NCBI GenBank assembly: GCA_903826635.1
Contig: CAIKFI010000182.1
Location: forward strand, 1-20,621
DNA from: an uncultured Spartobacteria bacterium
Lineage (GTDB): Bacteria > Verrucomicrobiota > Verrucomicrobiia > Chthoniobacterales > UBA6821
Direction: 5' to 3'
DNA length: 20,621 bases
Positions within the stretch are counted from its first letter, which is position 1. Every line of letters starts with the position of its first letter. Positions 7,053 to 18,182 of this stretch are shown here, piece by piece. Under the pieces are notes generated by a model, which ran no database searches, was not told the origin of the DNA, and saw nothing but the letters and a program-made list of their open reading frames with translations. The translations under genes and the position numbers were made by a program.

Positions 7053-8372
7053 ATGCATTCGTTCCGATATGTCGATGGCTCGCTGAAGTGCGAGGGGGTA
7101 GATCTCAATACTTTGGCTTCCGAGGTGGGCACCCCTGCCTATGTCTATTCTTCGGAGACGATCCGAACGAACTATCGCCGTCTTGATCAGGCTCTCTCTC
7201 CTTTGGGGGATCGCATGATCTGTTATGCGATGAAGGCGAATGGCAATCTCTCGGTGCTCAACCTGCTTGCGAAGGAAGGGGCTGGCTTTGATATCGTCTC
7301 AGGGGGCGAACTCTTCAAGGTGCTGAAGGCCGGAGGCAGTGCCGACCGGTGCACCTTTGCAGGCGTCGGAAAGACAGTTGCTGAGATCGACTACGCCCTG
7401 CGCCAGGGAATCTATAGTTTCAATGTCGAGTCCGAGGAGGAGTTGGAGATGATCAATGCCGTGGCCGCCAAGGCGGGGATGATCGCCCCGATTGCGGTCC
7501 GGGTAAATCCCGACGTCGATGCACCGACCCACAAATATATCTCCACGGGCAAGAGTAAAAACAAGTTCGGGATCGGGTTGGACCGGGCCGTCTCGGTCTA
7601 TGACCGGGCGGCTTCACTTCCCAATCTCAGGATCCGAGGATTGCAGACCCATATCGGATCACAGATCCTGAAGGCACCACCCTTCGCCGAGGCCGTCCAT
7701 AAACTCACCCCACTAGTATTGGAACTTAAAGAAAGGCATGGATTGGAGTTTTTCAGCATCGGGGGCGGCGTTGGGATTGTCTACCGGGGAGCCCTCTCCA
7801 GCGGTGACTCCGCGTGGTGGAAGGGGAGTGGCGAGGACGGGGTGGAGATCGAGGCAGAACGCCTTGCTCCAGAGGCCTACGCAGCCGAGGTGATCGAGCC
7901 GCTACGAGGGCTCGGTCTAAGGGTCCTTTTCGAACCTGGCCGGTTCATTGTTGGCAATGCCGGAGTGCTTCTCACGAGTGTTCTTTACCGCAAGTCGACT
8001 CCTACAAAGAACTTCGTGATCGTAGACGCGGGGATGAACGATCTGATCCGTCCCGCCCTCTATGAGGGATACCATGAGATCGAGCCGTTGAAGCAGTCGA
8101 CATCGAATCAAACCGAAAAAGTCGATATCGTGGGTCCGGTCTGCGAGAGCGGGGATTTCTTCGCCCAGGACCGCGACATGCCGGTGCTGGCTCCGGGTGA
8201 CAGAGTCGCCCTGATGAGTGCGGGGGCTTATGGGTTCGTCATGGCATCCACCTATAACGCCCGCCCTCTGCTCCCCGAAATCCTCGTGGAGGGAGAGACC
8301 TCCACGATTGTCCGGGAGCGCCAGAATTGGGATGATCTCATCGTTGGCGAGAAGATTCCCGTGATGCCCTAG
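7053..8372 (+). CDS. lysA: Diaminopimelate decarboxylase
   Basis: From the ATG at 7053 the protein starts MHSFRYVDGSLKCEGVDLNTLASEVGTPAYVYS, the canonical LysA N-terminus. Also present: the PLP-lysine region (CYAMKANGN), HIGSQ, and the CESGD motif (GPVCESGDFF). The 183 codons upstream in the same frame (6504-7052) are non-homologous read-through that overlaps phoH2. Confidence 0.92.
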   Translation: MHSFRYVDGSLKCEGVDLNTLASEVGTPAYVYSSETIRTNYRRLDQALSPLGDRMICYAMKANGNLSVLNLLAKEGAGFDIVSGGELFKVLKAGGSADRCTFAGVGKTVAEIDYALRQGIYSFNVESEEELEMINAVAAKAGMIAPIAVRVNPDVDAPTHKYISTGKSKNKFGIGLDRAVSVYDRAASLPNLRIRGLQTHIGSQILKAPPFAEAVHKLTPLVLELKERHGLEFFSIGGGVGIVYRGALSSGDSAWWKGSGEDGVEIEAERLAPEAYAAEVIEPLRGLGLRVLFEPGRFIVGNAGVLLTSVLYRKSTPTKNFVIVDAGMNDLIRPALYEGYHEIEPLKQSTSNQTEKVDIVGPVCESGDFFAQDRDMPVLAPGDRVALMSAGAYGFVMASTYNARPLLPEILVEGETSTIVRERQNWDDLIVGEKIPVMP

Positions 8373-8382
8373 CGGCGATGAC

Positions 8383-9348
8383 TCAAGGGCGGTCTGATGC
8401 CTTGGATCGGAGCGTGTGGATGGTGATCTCGGGGGGGCAGTGGAATCGGGCCGCCACACCGGCAGTCCCTGTTCCTCGCGACGTATAGCCGATCATGGTC
8501 CCCTCACTCCATGAACCGGAGAGGTGTTCCCGTCGGCACCCAGGAGCATTGCGGTAAATCGGGAAGCCCCCCGGTGCGCAGATCTGACCGCCGTGAGTGT
8601 GACCGCTCAAATGAAGGTGAAAACCGAGTCGGGCCGCCTCGCGGTAGGTCTCCGGCGAATGGGAGAGTAAAATACTGATCTCATTGCTTGGGATACCCTC
8701 CTTGGCCTTGGCCAGATCGTGGGTCACGAAAAAATGCGGATCATCGATCCCGCAGATCCAGAGGCGCGAATCATCCTTCTCAATGGCGATTGATTCGTTG
8801 AGCAGGAAGGGAAGCCCGGCCTCCTCAAGGATGGTGACTTTCTCCAGAAAATCATGGTTCCCCAGGACCGCAAAACGGATCGGATGCAGGTGGGGAATCA
8901 ACTTCAGCATTTCCCCAAGGGATTGTTCGAAGGGCTTCGAGACCTTGTTGTGGTAATCACCGGTCAGCACGACGGCGTCATGGCGCACGGTTGATATCCG
9001 TTCGCGGATCCTTTCCATGACTCGTTCCTCGAGATCACAATGCAGATCGGTCAACTGCATCAACCGAAACCCCTCAAAGGCGGGGGGGAGTCCATCAAGC
9101 ATCACCTCATGCTCCTCCACGCGCAGATCCAGGATGTTACGAACCCCTTTTTCCTTCAGGCCGGAGAGTGAAATGAGGGCAGAGACGCAGGCATTCACCG
9201 AAAAAAAACGCTCTAAAGCAAAGATGCCCAGACCCTGAGACATCTTTCTATTTCTGAGTTTTTCCTGAAGATGGAGGCGTCGTGCCGTTTTGTCGTGCCC
9301 CAGTCGTTGAAGGATGTTTCCGGGAATTGTGGTGAAGAGATCACTCAT
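8383..9348 (-). CDS. Membrane-anchored calcineurin-like metallophosphoesterase (YkuE-like)
   Basis: All metallophosphoesterase motifs are present in order: DLH (LTDLHCD), GDYH, GNHD, SHSP, GHTHGGQ. A hydrophobic N-terminal segment precedes them (GIFALERFFSVNACVSALISL). The start could instead be the internal Met at codon 36. Confidence 0.85.
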   Translation of the reverse strand: MSDLFTTIPGNILQRLGHDKTARRLHLQEKLRNRKMSQGLGIFALERFFSVNACVSALISLSGLKEKGVRNILDLRVEEHEVMLDGLPPAFEGFRLMQLTDLHCDLEERVMERIRERISTVRHDAVVLTGDYHNKVSKPFEQSLGEMLKLIPHLHPIRFAVLGNHDFLEKVTILEEAGLPFLLNESIAIEKDDSRLWICGIDDPHFFVTHDLAKAKEGIPSNEISILLSHSPETYREAARLGFHLHLSGHTHGGQICAPGGFPIYRNAPGCRREHLSGSWSEGTMIGYTSRGTGTAGVAARFHCPPEITIHTLRSKASDRP

Positions 9349-9398
9349 GAAAAGAGAACTGGAAAGCTATCACTATAGTGTTCCAGTAAAGAGAAGCC

Positions 9399-9541
9399 AA
9401 AAAAAGAGCAGCCCGGCCGTTTCTACCGAGTTTCCCCCCCCAGAGAATCCCGTAAGTTTTTGCGACCGGGCTGCAACCACAAACCAAGATTTGTAAAGCA
9501 TAGGCCGTGCCAATTCTGCCGACTGAGTTACGGGTTTTTTT
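9399..9541. other. Structured intergenic element (candidate small RNA or terminator-like insulator) between the divergent phosphoesterase and ligA genes
   Basis: Perfect 9-bp GC-rich stem GCAGCCCGG (9408-9416) / CCGGGCTGC (9466-9474). It is flanked by A7 (9399-9405) on one side, which reads as T7 after the stem on the minus strand. CCCGTAA (9449-9455) can pair with TTACGGG (9528-9534), which is followed by T7 (9535-9541) on the plus strand. A C8 homopolymer lies at 9434-9441. No convincing ORF. Confidence 0.3.
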
Positions 9542-9595
9542 CACACGGGAAGTCTTTTTGATGCTCAAAGTTGTGCAGGAGGAGTAAAAAAGTGA

Positions 9596-11665
<2,070 letters not shown>

Positions 11666-11699
11666 TTTCTTGAGTTCCTGATTAAATCTGAATCTTTCG

Positions 11700-12953
11700 A
11701 TGACTACTCCTTCCACCACCGATCTCTACCGCGAGTATGTCATGCCGACCTATGGCCGGTTTGACCTTTCCCTTGAGCGCGGCGAGGGGACCCGTGTCTG
11801 GGATGAGGCCGGTAAGGAATACCTCGATTTCGGTGCCGGCATTGCTGTCTGTTCCTTGGGGCATAGTCATCCGAAGCTTGCGAAGGCGATCTCGGAACAG
11901 GCGGCCAAGTTGGTCCACACCTCCAACCTTTACCTCACACGGCCACAGGCTGAACTGGCAAAGATGATCGTCGATTTGGTCGGTCTTGGCGGGAAGGCCT
12001 TCTTCTGCAACAGCGGCGCCGAGGCGAATGAGGGTCTCTATAAGCTGGCCCGGAAATTTGGGTCACCCTCAGGACGTTACGAAATCATCACGTTCACCAA
12101 TTCCTTTCATGGTCGGACTCTCGGCGGTATAAGCGCCACCGGACAGGAGAAGGTGAAGACCGGATTCGCTCCACTTGTGGAGGGGTTCGTCCATGTTCCC
12201 TTCAATGACCTTTCGGCTGTGGAAGCGGCCATCACCCCGAAGACCGTGACCATCCTGCTGGAGCCGGTTCAGGGGGAAGGTGGCATCAATCCCTCAACAC
12301 CGGAATTTCTCAAGGGTGTCAGGGCTCTCTGTGACAAGCACGACCTGCTCCTCATGTTCGACGAGGTTCAGTGCGGGTTCGGTCGGACAGGTGACTGGTG
12401 TGCCTGGAGGACGATCGCCTCTTCTGGGGTGGAGCCCGATGCGGTCAGTTGGGCCAAGGGGATTGCCAATGGATTTCCACTTGGTGCGTTGTGGGCTGGA
12501 TCACGGAATTCAGGACCCGATGCCAATGGCAGCGATCGGGGGCCTCTTTCTGATCTTCTAGGCCCAGGCACTCATGGAACGACCTATGGTGGTAATCCGC
12601 TGGCCTCCACCGCTGGCCTCACGGTTCTCAGGGCAATTGGCGAGGAGGGTTTGCTGGAAAACGCCCGGAACCTTGGTGCCTACCTCCTGATGAAGTTGGA
12701 GGCAATGAATCTGCCTGCCATCCGATCACTCCGTGGCGTGGGACTCATGGTCGGCATCGAGTTGAACGACCTCGATACCGGTGGTGAGGTTGGACCTCCT
12801 GCAATCCGCATTACCAAGGAACTGATGAAAACAGGCCTGTTGGTCATCCCCTCCGGTGAGAGGACGATCCGGTTGCTCCCTCCGCTCAATATTACCAAAG
12901 CCGAGGCGGATGAGGCCCTGATGATCTTGAAGAATGTTCTCTCGGGTGTCTGA
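11700..12953 (+). CDS. argD: Acetylornithine aminotransferase (class III PLP aminotransferase)
   Basis: ArgD-type N-terminus (YVMPTYGRFDLSLERGEGTRVWDEAGKEYLDFGAGIAVCSLGHSHPKL...VHTSNLY). Also FFCNSGAEANE, the DEVQCGFGRTG motif, and the PLP-Lys region (SWAKGIANGFPLG). Only 34 nt separate it from the ligA stop, with no terminator between. Confidence 0.88.
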   Translation: MTTPSTTDLYREYVMPTYGRFDLSLERGEGTRVWDEAGKEYLDFGAGIAVCSLGHSHPKLAKAISEQAAKLVHTSNLYLTRPQAELAKMIVDLVGLGGKAFFCNSGAEANEGLYKLARKFGSPSGRYEIITFTNSFHGRTLGGISATGQEKVKTGFAPLVEGFVHVPFNDLSAVEAAITPKTVTILLEPVQGEGGINPSTPEFLKGVRALCDKHDLLLMFDEVQCGFGRTGDWCAWRTIASSGVEPDAVSWAKGIANGFPLGALWAGSRNSGPDANGSDRGPLSDLLGPGTHGTTYGGNPLASTAGLTVLRAIGEEGLLENARNLGAYLLMKLEAMNLPAIRSLRGVGLMVGIELNDLDTGGEVGPPAIRITKELMKTGLLVIPSGERTIRLLPPLNITKAEADEALMILKNVLSGV

Positions 12954-12966
12954 ACGGATTTTAGTG

Positions 12967-12999
12967 TTGGAGGGAGCAGTTCTTATTTAGAATAATTCT
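12967..12999 (+). promoter_or_regulatory. Candidate promoter/operator of the fur-suf operon: a -10-like TAGAAT overlapped by the palindrome AGAAT-A-ATTCT
   Basis: TAGAAT at 12988-12993. Perfect 5-1-5 palindrome AGAATAATTCT at 12989-12999, in an AT-rich stretch about 50 nt upstream of the Fur-family ATG. The only -35 candidate is a weak TTGGAG (12967-12972) with a 15-nt spacer. Confidence 0.3.
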
Positions 13000-13049
13000 T
13001 GATTGAGCTTGAAGGGGGTGAGGGTGATGGTAGATTTATCGGCCATCAC

Positions 13050-13547
13050 ATGAAGAAAAACCCCTCCATACCTGCCTACGAGAGCGCGATGGGGAGAGAG
13101 GGCCTGAGGCTTACTCCCCAAAGGCGTCAGGTCTATGAGGTGCTGATGAACAAGCGCGATCACCCAACGGCTACGGAGGTCTTCCTCCGCGCCCAGAAGC
13201 GTATGCCTTCGATCTCGCTCGCCACCGTTTATAATTGTCTAGAGACGATGGTCGTTAACGGCTTGGTCAAGGCGGTCCATGTCGACCGCGAACCGACACG
13301 CTACTGTGCCAACCTTCAGGAGCACGGGCACTTCCACTGCACCGAGTGCGGGCATATCTCGGACATTGAATTTTCAGACTCGCGAGAGCAGGGATGGACT
13401 CTTCCATCGGGATTTCTGGTTACCCAGCATGATGTCAGCCTCCGAGGGCTTTGTGCTGAGTGCGCGACGAATGTGAAAACATCCTCGCTGAAACATTCAA
13501 AAAACGCTCATCAACACACCAAACAGCTTCAAAACCTCAAAAAATAA
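13050..13547 (+). CDS. Fur-family metalloregulator. Fur/PerR/Zur subtype not resolvable by eye.
   Basis: Winged-helix N-domain ([27 protein letters not shown]...[18 protein letters not shown]). His-rich metal site and two CxxC pairs ([12 protein letters not shown] ... GLCAECA). The ATG at 13050 is preferred over the TTG at 12999, which lies inside the upstream palindrome. There is a basic C-terminal tail. Confidence 0.85.
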   Translation: MKKNPSIPAYESAMGREGLRLTPQRRQVYEVLMNKRDHPTATEVFLRAQKRMPSISLATVYNCLETMVVNGLVKAVHVDREPTRYCANLQEHGHFHCTECGHISDIEFSDSREQGWTLPSGFLVTQHDVSLRGLCAECATNVKTSSLKHSKNAHQHTKQLQNLKK

Positions 13548-13552
13548 CAACC

Positions 13553-14335
13553 ATGTCCGCTCCTGCCACGTCGACACTCTCCATCCGCGACCTCCATGCC
13601 TCCATCGGTGAAAAACCGATCCTCAAGGGACTGAGCCTTGAGATTCCGAAGGGCGAGGTTCATGCCATCATGGGCAAGAATGGGGCCGGCAAGAGCACCC
13701 TTGCAAAGATCATGGCCGGCCATCCTGACTACACAGTGACCTCCGGTGATGTCCTCCTTGACGGGGAGAGCATCCTGGGCATGGAACCTGATGTCCGTGC
13801 CCGTCTCGGACTCTTCCTAGCATTCCAGTATCCCATGGAGATCCCCGGCGTCACGATCGCCAATTTCATCCGCGCCGCTCTCCAGGCCCGCCTTCCCCAG
13901 GGTGAGGAACTCGAGGCCACCGAATACTACGCCAAGCTCTACGCGAAGATGGATGCCCTCAGCGTGCCACGTAATTTCACATCCCGCTCAGTCAATGAGG
14001 GCTTCTCCGGCGGTGAGAAGAAGCGCTGTGAGATCCTTCAGATGGCGATGCTGGAGCCCTCCTACGCAGTCCTGGACGAGACCGACAGTGGGCTCGACAT
14101 CGATGCGCTCAAGATCGTCTCGGCAGGAGTCAACGCCTTACGTGGTCCGAACATCGGGATGCTGGTGATCACCCACTACCAGCGCCTGCTCGATTACATC
14201 GTTCCCGACAAGGTTCACGTCATGTCCGACGGGCGCATTATCCACAGTGGAGACAAGGAACTCGCGCTCAAGCTCGAAGCCCAAGGATACGACTGGGTCG
14301 AGAAGGAATATGCCGACGCTCAATCGGCACTTTAG
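13553..14335 (+). CDS. sufC: Fe-S cluster assembly ATPase SufC
   Basis: From the ATG at 13553: [19 protein letters not shown], Walker A (GKNGAGKST), ABC signature (FSGGEKKR), Walker B ([11 protein letters not shown]), and ITHY. It starts 5 nt after the Fur-family stop. The ORF-track extension back to 13460 overlaps the fur gene and carries no homology. Confidence 0.95.
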   Translation: MSAPATSTLSIRDLHASIGEKPILKGLSLEIPKGEVHAIMGKNGAGKSTLAKIMAGHPDYTVTSGDVLLDGESILGMEPDVRARLGLFLAFQYPMEIPGVTIANFIRAALQARLPQGEELEATEYYAKLYAKMDALSVPRNFTSRSVNEGFSGGEKKRCEILQMAMLEPSYAVLDETDSGLDIDALKIVSAGVNALRGPNIGMLVITHYQRLLDYIVPDKVHVMSDGRIIHSGDKELALKLEAQGYDWVEKEYADAQSAL

Positions 14336-14420
14336 AATATTAGACTATTAACCAACAGCTAACGGAAACAAGAATCAGAACCTAAAAGTCAAAAAGACTT
14401 CAGCCCAACCAACCTTTCCC

Positions 14421-15833
14421 ATGAGTACCGAGACCAAGCCAGACATCGACATCGACCGTTCCGTCGGCGATTTCCGCTACGACGTCGATTACGCCTTTGA
14501 CGCCGGGGTCGGCCTCTCCGAGGCGACCATTGACTACATCTGTGACGTCAAGGGAGATCCCGATTGGGTGAGGGCATTCCGAAAGGAGGGCTACCGGAAG
14601 TTTCTTGAGAAGCCGATGCCGACTCACTGGGCTACGAAGGACTTGGAGAACATCGTCTTCGAAAACATCCGCTACTACCTCTCCCAAGGCCAGGTTCCGA
14701 AGCGGAGTTGGGATGATGTCCCGGAGGATGTGAAGCGGACCTTTGAGCGTCTCGGTATCCCGGAGCAGGAGAGGAAGTTCCTTGCGGGCGTCGAGGCTCA
14801 GTTCGACAGCGAGGCCGCCTACTCCAATATCAAGGCCGCCGTCGGCGAACAGGGGGTCATCTTTGTCGGGAGTGCCGAGGGGCTCAAGGAACACCCGGAA
14901 ATCTTCAGGAAATGGTTCGGGAAGGTCATCCCAAGCGGTGACAACAAGTTCTCGGCACTCAACAGCGCCGTCTTCAGTGGAGGAAGCTTCATTTACGTTC
15001 CTCCGGGCGTGAAGGTCAGCCACCCTCTCCAGGCCTACTTCCGGATCAATGCCCAGAACTTCGGGCAGTTCGAGCGCACGCTGATCATCGCCGACGAGGG
15101 GGCAGAGCTTACCTACATGGAGGGCTGCACGGCTCCCAAGTTCGAGACCGCAACCCTGCACAGTGCCGTGGTGGAGCTTGTCGCCATGAAAGGGGCCAAG
15201 ATCCAGTATATCACCGTTCAGAACTGGAGCTCCAATGTCTTCAACCTGGTCACCAAGCGCGGCATCGCCCACGAGAATGCCGAGGTGAAGTGGATCGACT
15301 GCAACATCGGCTCCCGCCTCACGATGAAGTATCCGGGGGTTGTGATGAAGGAGAAGGGGGCCCGTGGCGAGGTGGTCTCGATCGCCCTTGCCGGTAATGG
15401 GCAACATCAGGACACTGGCGCCAAGATGATCCACGCCGCCGACAACACGACCAGCAACATTATCTCCAAGTCGATCAGCCTTGGGAGCGGTCGCTCCACC
15501 TACCGCGGCATGGTCCACGTGCCGAAGCATCTCAAGGGCTGCAAGAATAACACCGAGTGCGACGCTCTCCTCATCAACACGCATAGCCGCACTGACACCT
15601 ATCCCGCAATCAGCGTCCGCGGCCAGGGAAATGCTGTCCAGCACGAGGCAAGCGTGAGCCAGATCAACTCGGAGCAGATCTTCTACATGCAGCAGCGCGG
15701 ACTCAGTGAGGCGGCGGCCATGAGCCTTGCGGTCAATGGCTTCGTGAACGATCTCGTCCAGCAGTTTCCGATGGAATATTCCGTCGAGCTGAAGCGTCTC
15801 ATCGACCTTGAGATGGAGGGCTCCGTCGGTTAG
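14421..15833 (+). CDS. sufB: Fe-S cluster assembly scaffold protein SufB
   Basis: 470 aa with characteristic SufB blocks ([85 protein letters not shown]). Normal length, so no intein. Confidence 0.95.
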   Translation: MSTETKPDIDIDRSVGDFRYDVDYAFDAGVGLSEATIDYICDVKGDPDWVRAFRKEGYRKFLEKPMPTHWATKDLENIVFENIRYYLSQGQVPKRSWDDVPEDVKRTFERLGIPEQERKFLAGVEAQFDSEAAYSNIKAAVGEQGVIFVGSAEGLKEHPEIFRKWFGKVIPSGDNKFSALNSAVFSGGSFIYVPPGVKVSHPLQAYFRINAQNFGQFERTLIIADEGAELTYMEGCTAPKFETATLHSAVVELVAMKGAKIQYITVQNWSSNVFNLVTKRGIAHENAEVKWIDCNIGSRLTMKYPGVVMKEKGARGEVVSIALAGNGQHQDTGAKMIHAADNTTSNIISKSISLGSGRSTYRGMVHVPKHLKGCKNNTECDALLINTHSRTDTYPAISVRGQGNAVQHEASVSQINSEQIFYMQQRGLSEAAAMSLAVNGFVNDLVQQFPMEYSVELKRLIDLEMEGSVG

Positions 15834-15864
15834 GCCCGTCAGCCTCTTTACCAAGCTATTTTTC

Positions 15865-17202
15865 ATGAGTCTCAGCGCCACTTCGGAAGTCAGCATCGAG
15901 GAGATCCCACCGGTCGGATCCACCGGGGTCACGGGTCTAGCCCCACGACCTGATTCATCACCCTCATCCCGATGGCCCCAGTGGTTCCAGCAAGATCAGC
16001 AAAAGGCTTGGGAGACTTTTACGACTCTCCGCCAACCCAAGCGCAACGATGAGCCGTGGCGTTTTGCGAATCTCAAAGCGATTGATCTTTCCGATTTTCA
16101 GCTAGCTGGTCCCGTTCAGGACCCCGCTGCCCTCATTAGACGCTCCGAGGGGCTGAGTAAGACCTGCGCCAAGATGATTTTTGCCAATGATGAGATGATC
16201 CATCGTGATGCTCAGGGTCTCCCTAATAATGTTCTCCTGATCCCTTTGGATCAGGCCGCGTGTGAGCATGAGGATCTCTTTCGCAAGAGCTTCATGAGTT
16301 CAGAGGTCCGCCTTGGTTCCAAGAAATTTTCCGCCCTCCACCGGGCACGCCTTTCCACCGGAGCCTTCCTCCATGTGCCGAAGAACGTCGTGATCGAGCA
16401 TCCCATTGAGATCTGGTACTGGGTCGAGGGTGAGCAGGCCTCGATCTTTCCCCATACCTTGATCGTTCTTGAAGAGGGGGCTTCAGCCACGGTCATCGAC
16501 CGGTTTGTCTCCGCTCATAACGAGCGCTCTCTCGCAATCGCCGTGAACGACCTTATGCTGGGGGGAAACTCACGCCTCACCTACGTCGGCGTTCAGAATT
16601 GGAGCGACAAGGTGACTGCCTTCCACCTCAACACCACCGAGGTGGAGAAGGATGCCACCTCGACGGCCCTCCAGATGAATTTCGGTGGGTCCTATGTCCG
16701 CGGGGAAAGCGACAGTCATCTCCTTGGTGAGGGGTCGCGCAGTGTGATGCTTTCGGTCAACCCGGCCTCAGGAACGCGTGAGATTGATCAGCGTACTTTT
16801 CAGGATCATTTTGCACCACGTGCCACGAGCGATCTCCTTTACCACAACTCCCTGGCTGATTCCTCTAGGACGATCTTTGCAGGCCTGATCAAGGTCGAGG
16901 AGGCCGCCCACGAGACCGACGCCTACCAGAAGGTCCGTAACCTTATGCTTAGTGACGAGGCCGAGGCCAACTCGATGCCCGGCCTTGAGATCTTGGCCGA
17001 TAACGTCCGCTGCACCCATGGTGCGACCTCGGGTGAGGTGAATGAAGACGAACTTTTCTACATGATGGCCCGCGGCATTCCTGCCAAGCAGGCTGCTCAG
17101 CTTATCGTGAGAGGGTTTTTCGGAACTGTCTTGGAGCGGCTTGAGAATGAACATCTTCAAACACACCTTGGTACTCTCTTGGATCGCAAACTGAATCTTT
17201 GA
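15865..17202 (+). CDS. sufD: Fe-S cluster assembly protein SufD
   Basis: SufB/SufD-family beta-helix blocks (GAFLHVPKNVVIEHPIEI, RLTYVGVQNWS, HTLIVLEEGASATV, DNVRCTHGATSGEVNEDELFYMMARGI). The ATG at 15865, 32 nt after the sufB stop, is preferred over the TTG at 15808, which would overlap sufB. Confidence 0.9.
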   Translation: MSLSATSEVSIEEIPPVGSTGVTGLAPRPDSSPSSRWPQWFQQDQQKAWETFTTLRQPKRNDEPWRFANLKAIDLSDFQLAGPVQDPAALIRRSEGLSKTCAKMIFANDEMIHRDAQGLPNNVLLIPLDQAACEHEDLFRKSFMSSEVRLGSKKFSALHRARLSTGAFLHVPKNVVIEHPIEIWYWVEGEQASIFPHTLIVLEEGASATVIDRFVSAHNERSLAIAVNDLMLGGNSRLTYVGVQNWSDKVTAFHLNTTEVEKDATSTALQMNFGGSYVRGESDSHLLGEGSRSVMLSVNPASGTREIDQRTFQDHFAPRATSDLLYHNSLADSSRTIFAGLIKVEEAAHETDAYQKVRNLMLSDEAEANSMPGLEILADNVRCTHGATSGEVNEDELFYMMARGIPAKQAAQLIVRGFFGTVLERLENEHLQTHLGTLLDRKLNL

Positions 17203-17207
17203 GACGG

Positions 17208-17300
17208 TTTTGATTCAGTTTTGGGGCGTTCTTTTGATTCACTCAGAAATTAAGCATCCTTTCTTTTTTGAAACAACTTGCTACAGAATTTTGATTCATG
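17208..17300 (+). repeat. Three direct copies of the decamer TTTTGATTCA (core pseudo-palindrome TGA-T-TCA) between the sufD stop and the next gene. The third copy is part of a 16-mer, AGAATTTTGATTCATG, that contains the start codon.
   Basis: Exact copies at 17208-17217, 17232-17241 and 17289-17298. Copy 2 and its flank (TTTTGATTCA-CTCAGAAA) mirror copy 3 and the gene start (TTTTGATTCATGACTCAGGAA), apart from a 3-nt indel that removes the ATG. Confidence 0.7.
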
Positions 17301-18146
17301 ACTCAGGAAGAAATCAAAAGGCATCTCATTCTCAATGCTGAGGGAGAAAAGATTAAAAAATACCGGGTTCAGGCTTCCCAAGGTAGTGCTGAGGCGATGT
17401 ATGAAATAGCCTGGCGCCTCATGATTCCCGAGAATCACTGCTTAAGAAAAGAGAGGAATGCTGATTGGAGCGCTCTGAATGAGTTCAATGGGCCTCCTCT
17501 CTTTATTGGGAGTCCGGAATATTGCCGCTATGACATGGAGGAGTCTGTTTCACTTTTTGAAACCATCATGTCTCTTGATCCTGCGGCGCACAGCTCCTCC
17601 ATAAGGCATGTTGCGAGAGCTTTTTTTGTCCATGGATATATCCACGAATTTGGATTGTGCGGAAAAGAAAAATCTGAGGAGATTGCCCTAAATTCTTATA
17701 TTAAATCTCTTGAAGTATGCCCTGAAAAAGTCAGAGCCCGCTTGCCTTGGGATGCAGAACGAATTTTTGACATTCGGAAATCCATCGGAGACCTCTATTA
17801 TTGCTCTCATAAATTTTCAGAAGCCTTCGGGTATTATGAATCAGTAGCCAATGATAAATGGTATAGTGACGTTAAAGTAGCTTGGATGATCAAGGATGTT
17901 ATCCTCAGGTTATCAAAAATGCTGTGGTCCGGTGAGGGTGTCGGAAAAGACGAGCATTTATCTCACGACCGCCTGGTTCAGGGTGTGAAGATGGGATTCA
18001 AGGAAGCGGAAAAGATTTTGCACCTTACTGCCGAGGGAGTCGAGAATCCCTGGAAAGATCTAAACTTTGTTCAGAATACCCAAGTCCTTCAGGAAGTGGA
18101 CTCAAAGAGGGAGAGGGGATTTTTCTCAAAACTTTTCAGAGCATAA
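17298..18146 (+). CDS. Hypothetical protein with weak Sel1/TPR-like repeat features. AT-rich compositional outlier.
   Basis: 282-aa ORF with no competing ORF. Sel1-like segments are present (ASQGSAEAMYEIAWRL; LWSGEGVGKDEHLSHDRLVQGVKMGFKEAEKIL). By hand count the first 103 nt are 45/103 G+C, against 61/100 for the start of sufB. The functional assignment is weak. Confidence 0.55.
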   Translation: MTQEEIKRHLILNAEGEKIKKYRVQASQGSAEAMYEIAWRLMIPENHCLRKERNADWSALNEFNGPPLFIGSPEYCRYDMEESVSLFETIMSLDPAAHSSSIRHVARAFFVHGYIHEFGLCGKEKSEEIALNSYIKSLEVCPEKVRARLPWDAERIFDIRKSIGDLYYCSHKFSEAFGYYESVANDKWYSDVKVAWMIKDVILRLSKMLWSGEGVGKDEHLSHDRLVQGVKMGFKEAEKILHLTAEGVENPWKDLNFVQNTQVLQEVDSKRERGFFSKLFRA

Positions 18147-18161
18147 TAAATTTTTAACTGG

Positions 18162-18182
18162 AGCAGAGAGAGTCTGTTTTTT
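18162..18182 (+). terminator. Possible intrinsic terminator after the Sel1-like gene
   Basis: AGCAGA (18162-18167) pairs with TCTGTT (18173-18178), including one G-U pair, around a 5-nt loop. The stem runs into a T6 tract ending at 18182. It lies in the 48-nt gap between two convergent genes. The stem is short. Confidence 0.35.

Noticed and set aside
12999-13552. Upstream extensions offered by the ORF track for the Fur-family gene (TTG 12999), sufC (13460) and sufD (TTG 15808)
   Set aside because: These extensions add non-homologous residues, overlap the preceding gene or the putative operator, and rely on alternative start codons. In-frame ATGs sit at the conserved N-termini.
14400-15932. 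A 510-aa ORF antisense to the whole of sufB
   Set aside because: It is the exact shadow of a strongly conserved SufB frame. Its translation is low-complexity (rich in L, G, D, V and A) with no recognisable motif. Long antisense open frames are expected opposite GC-rich genes with strong codon bias.
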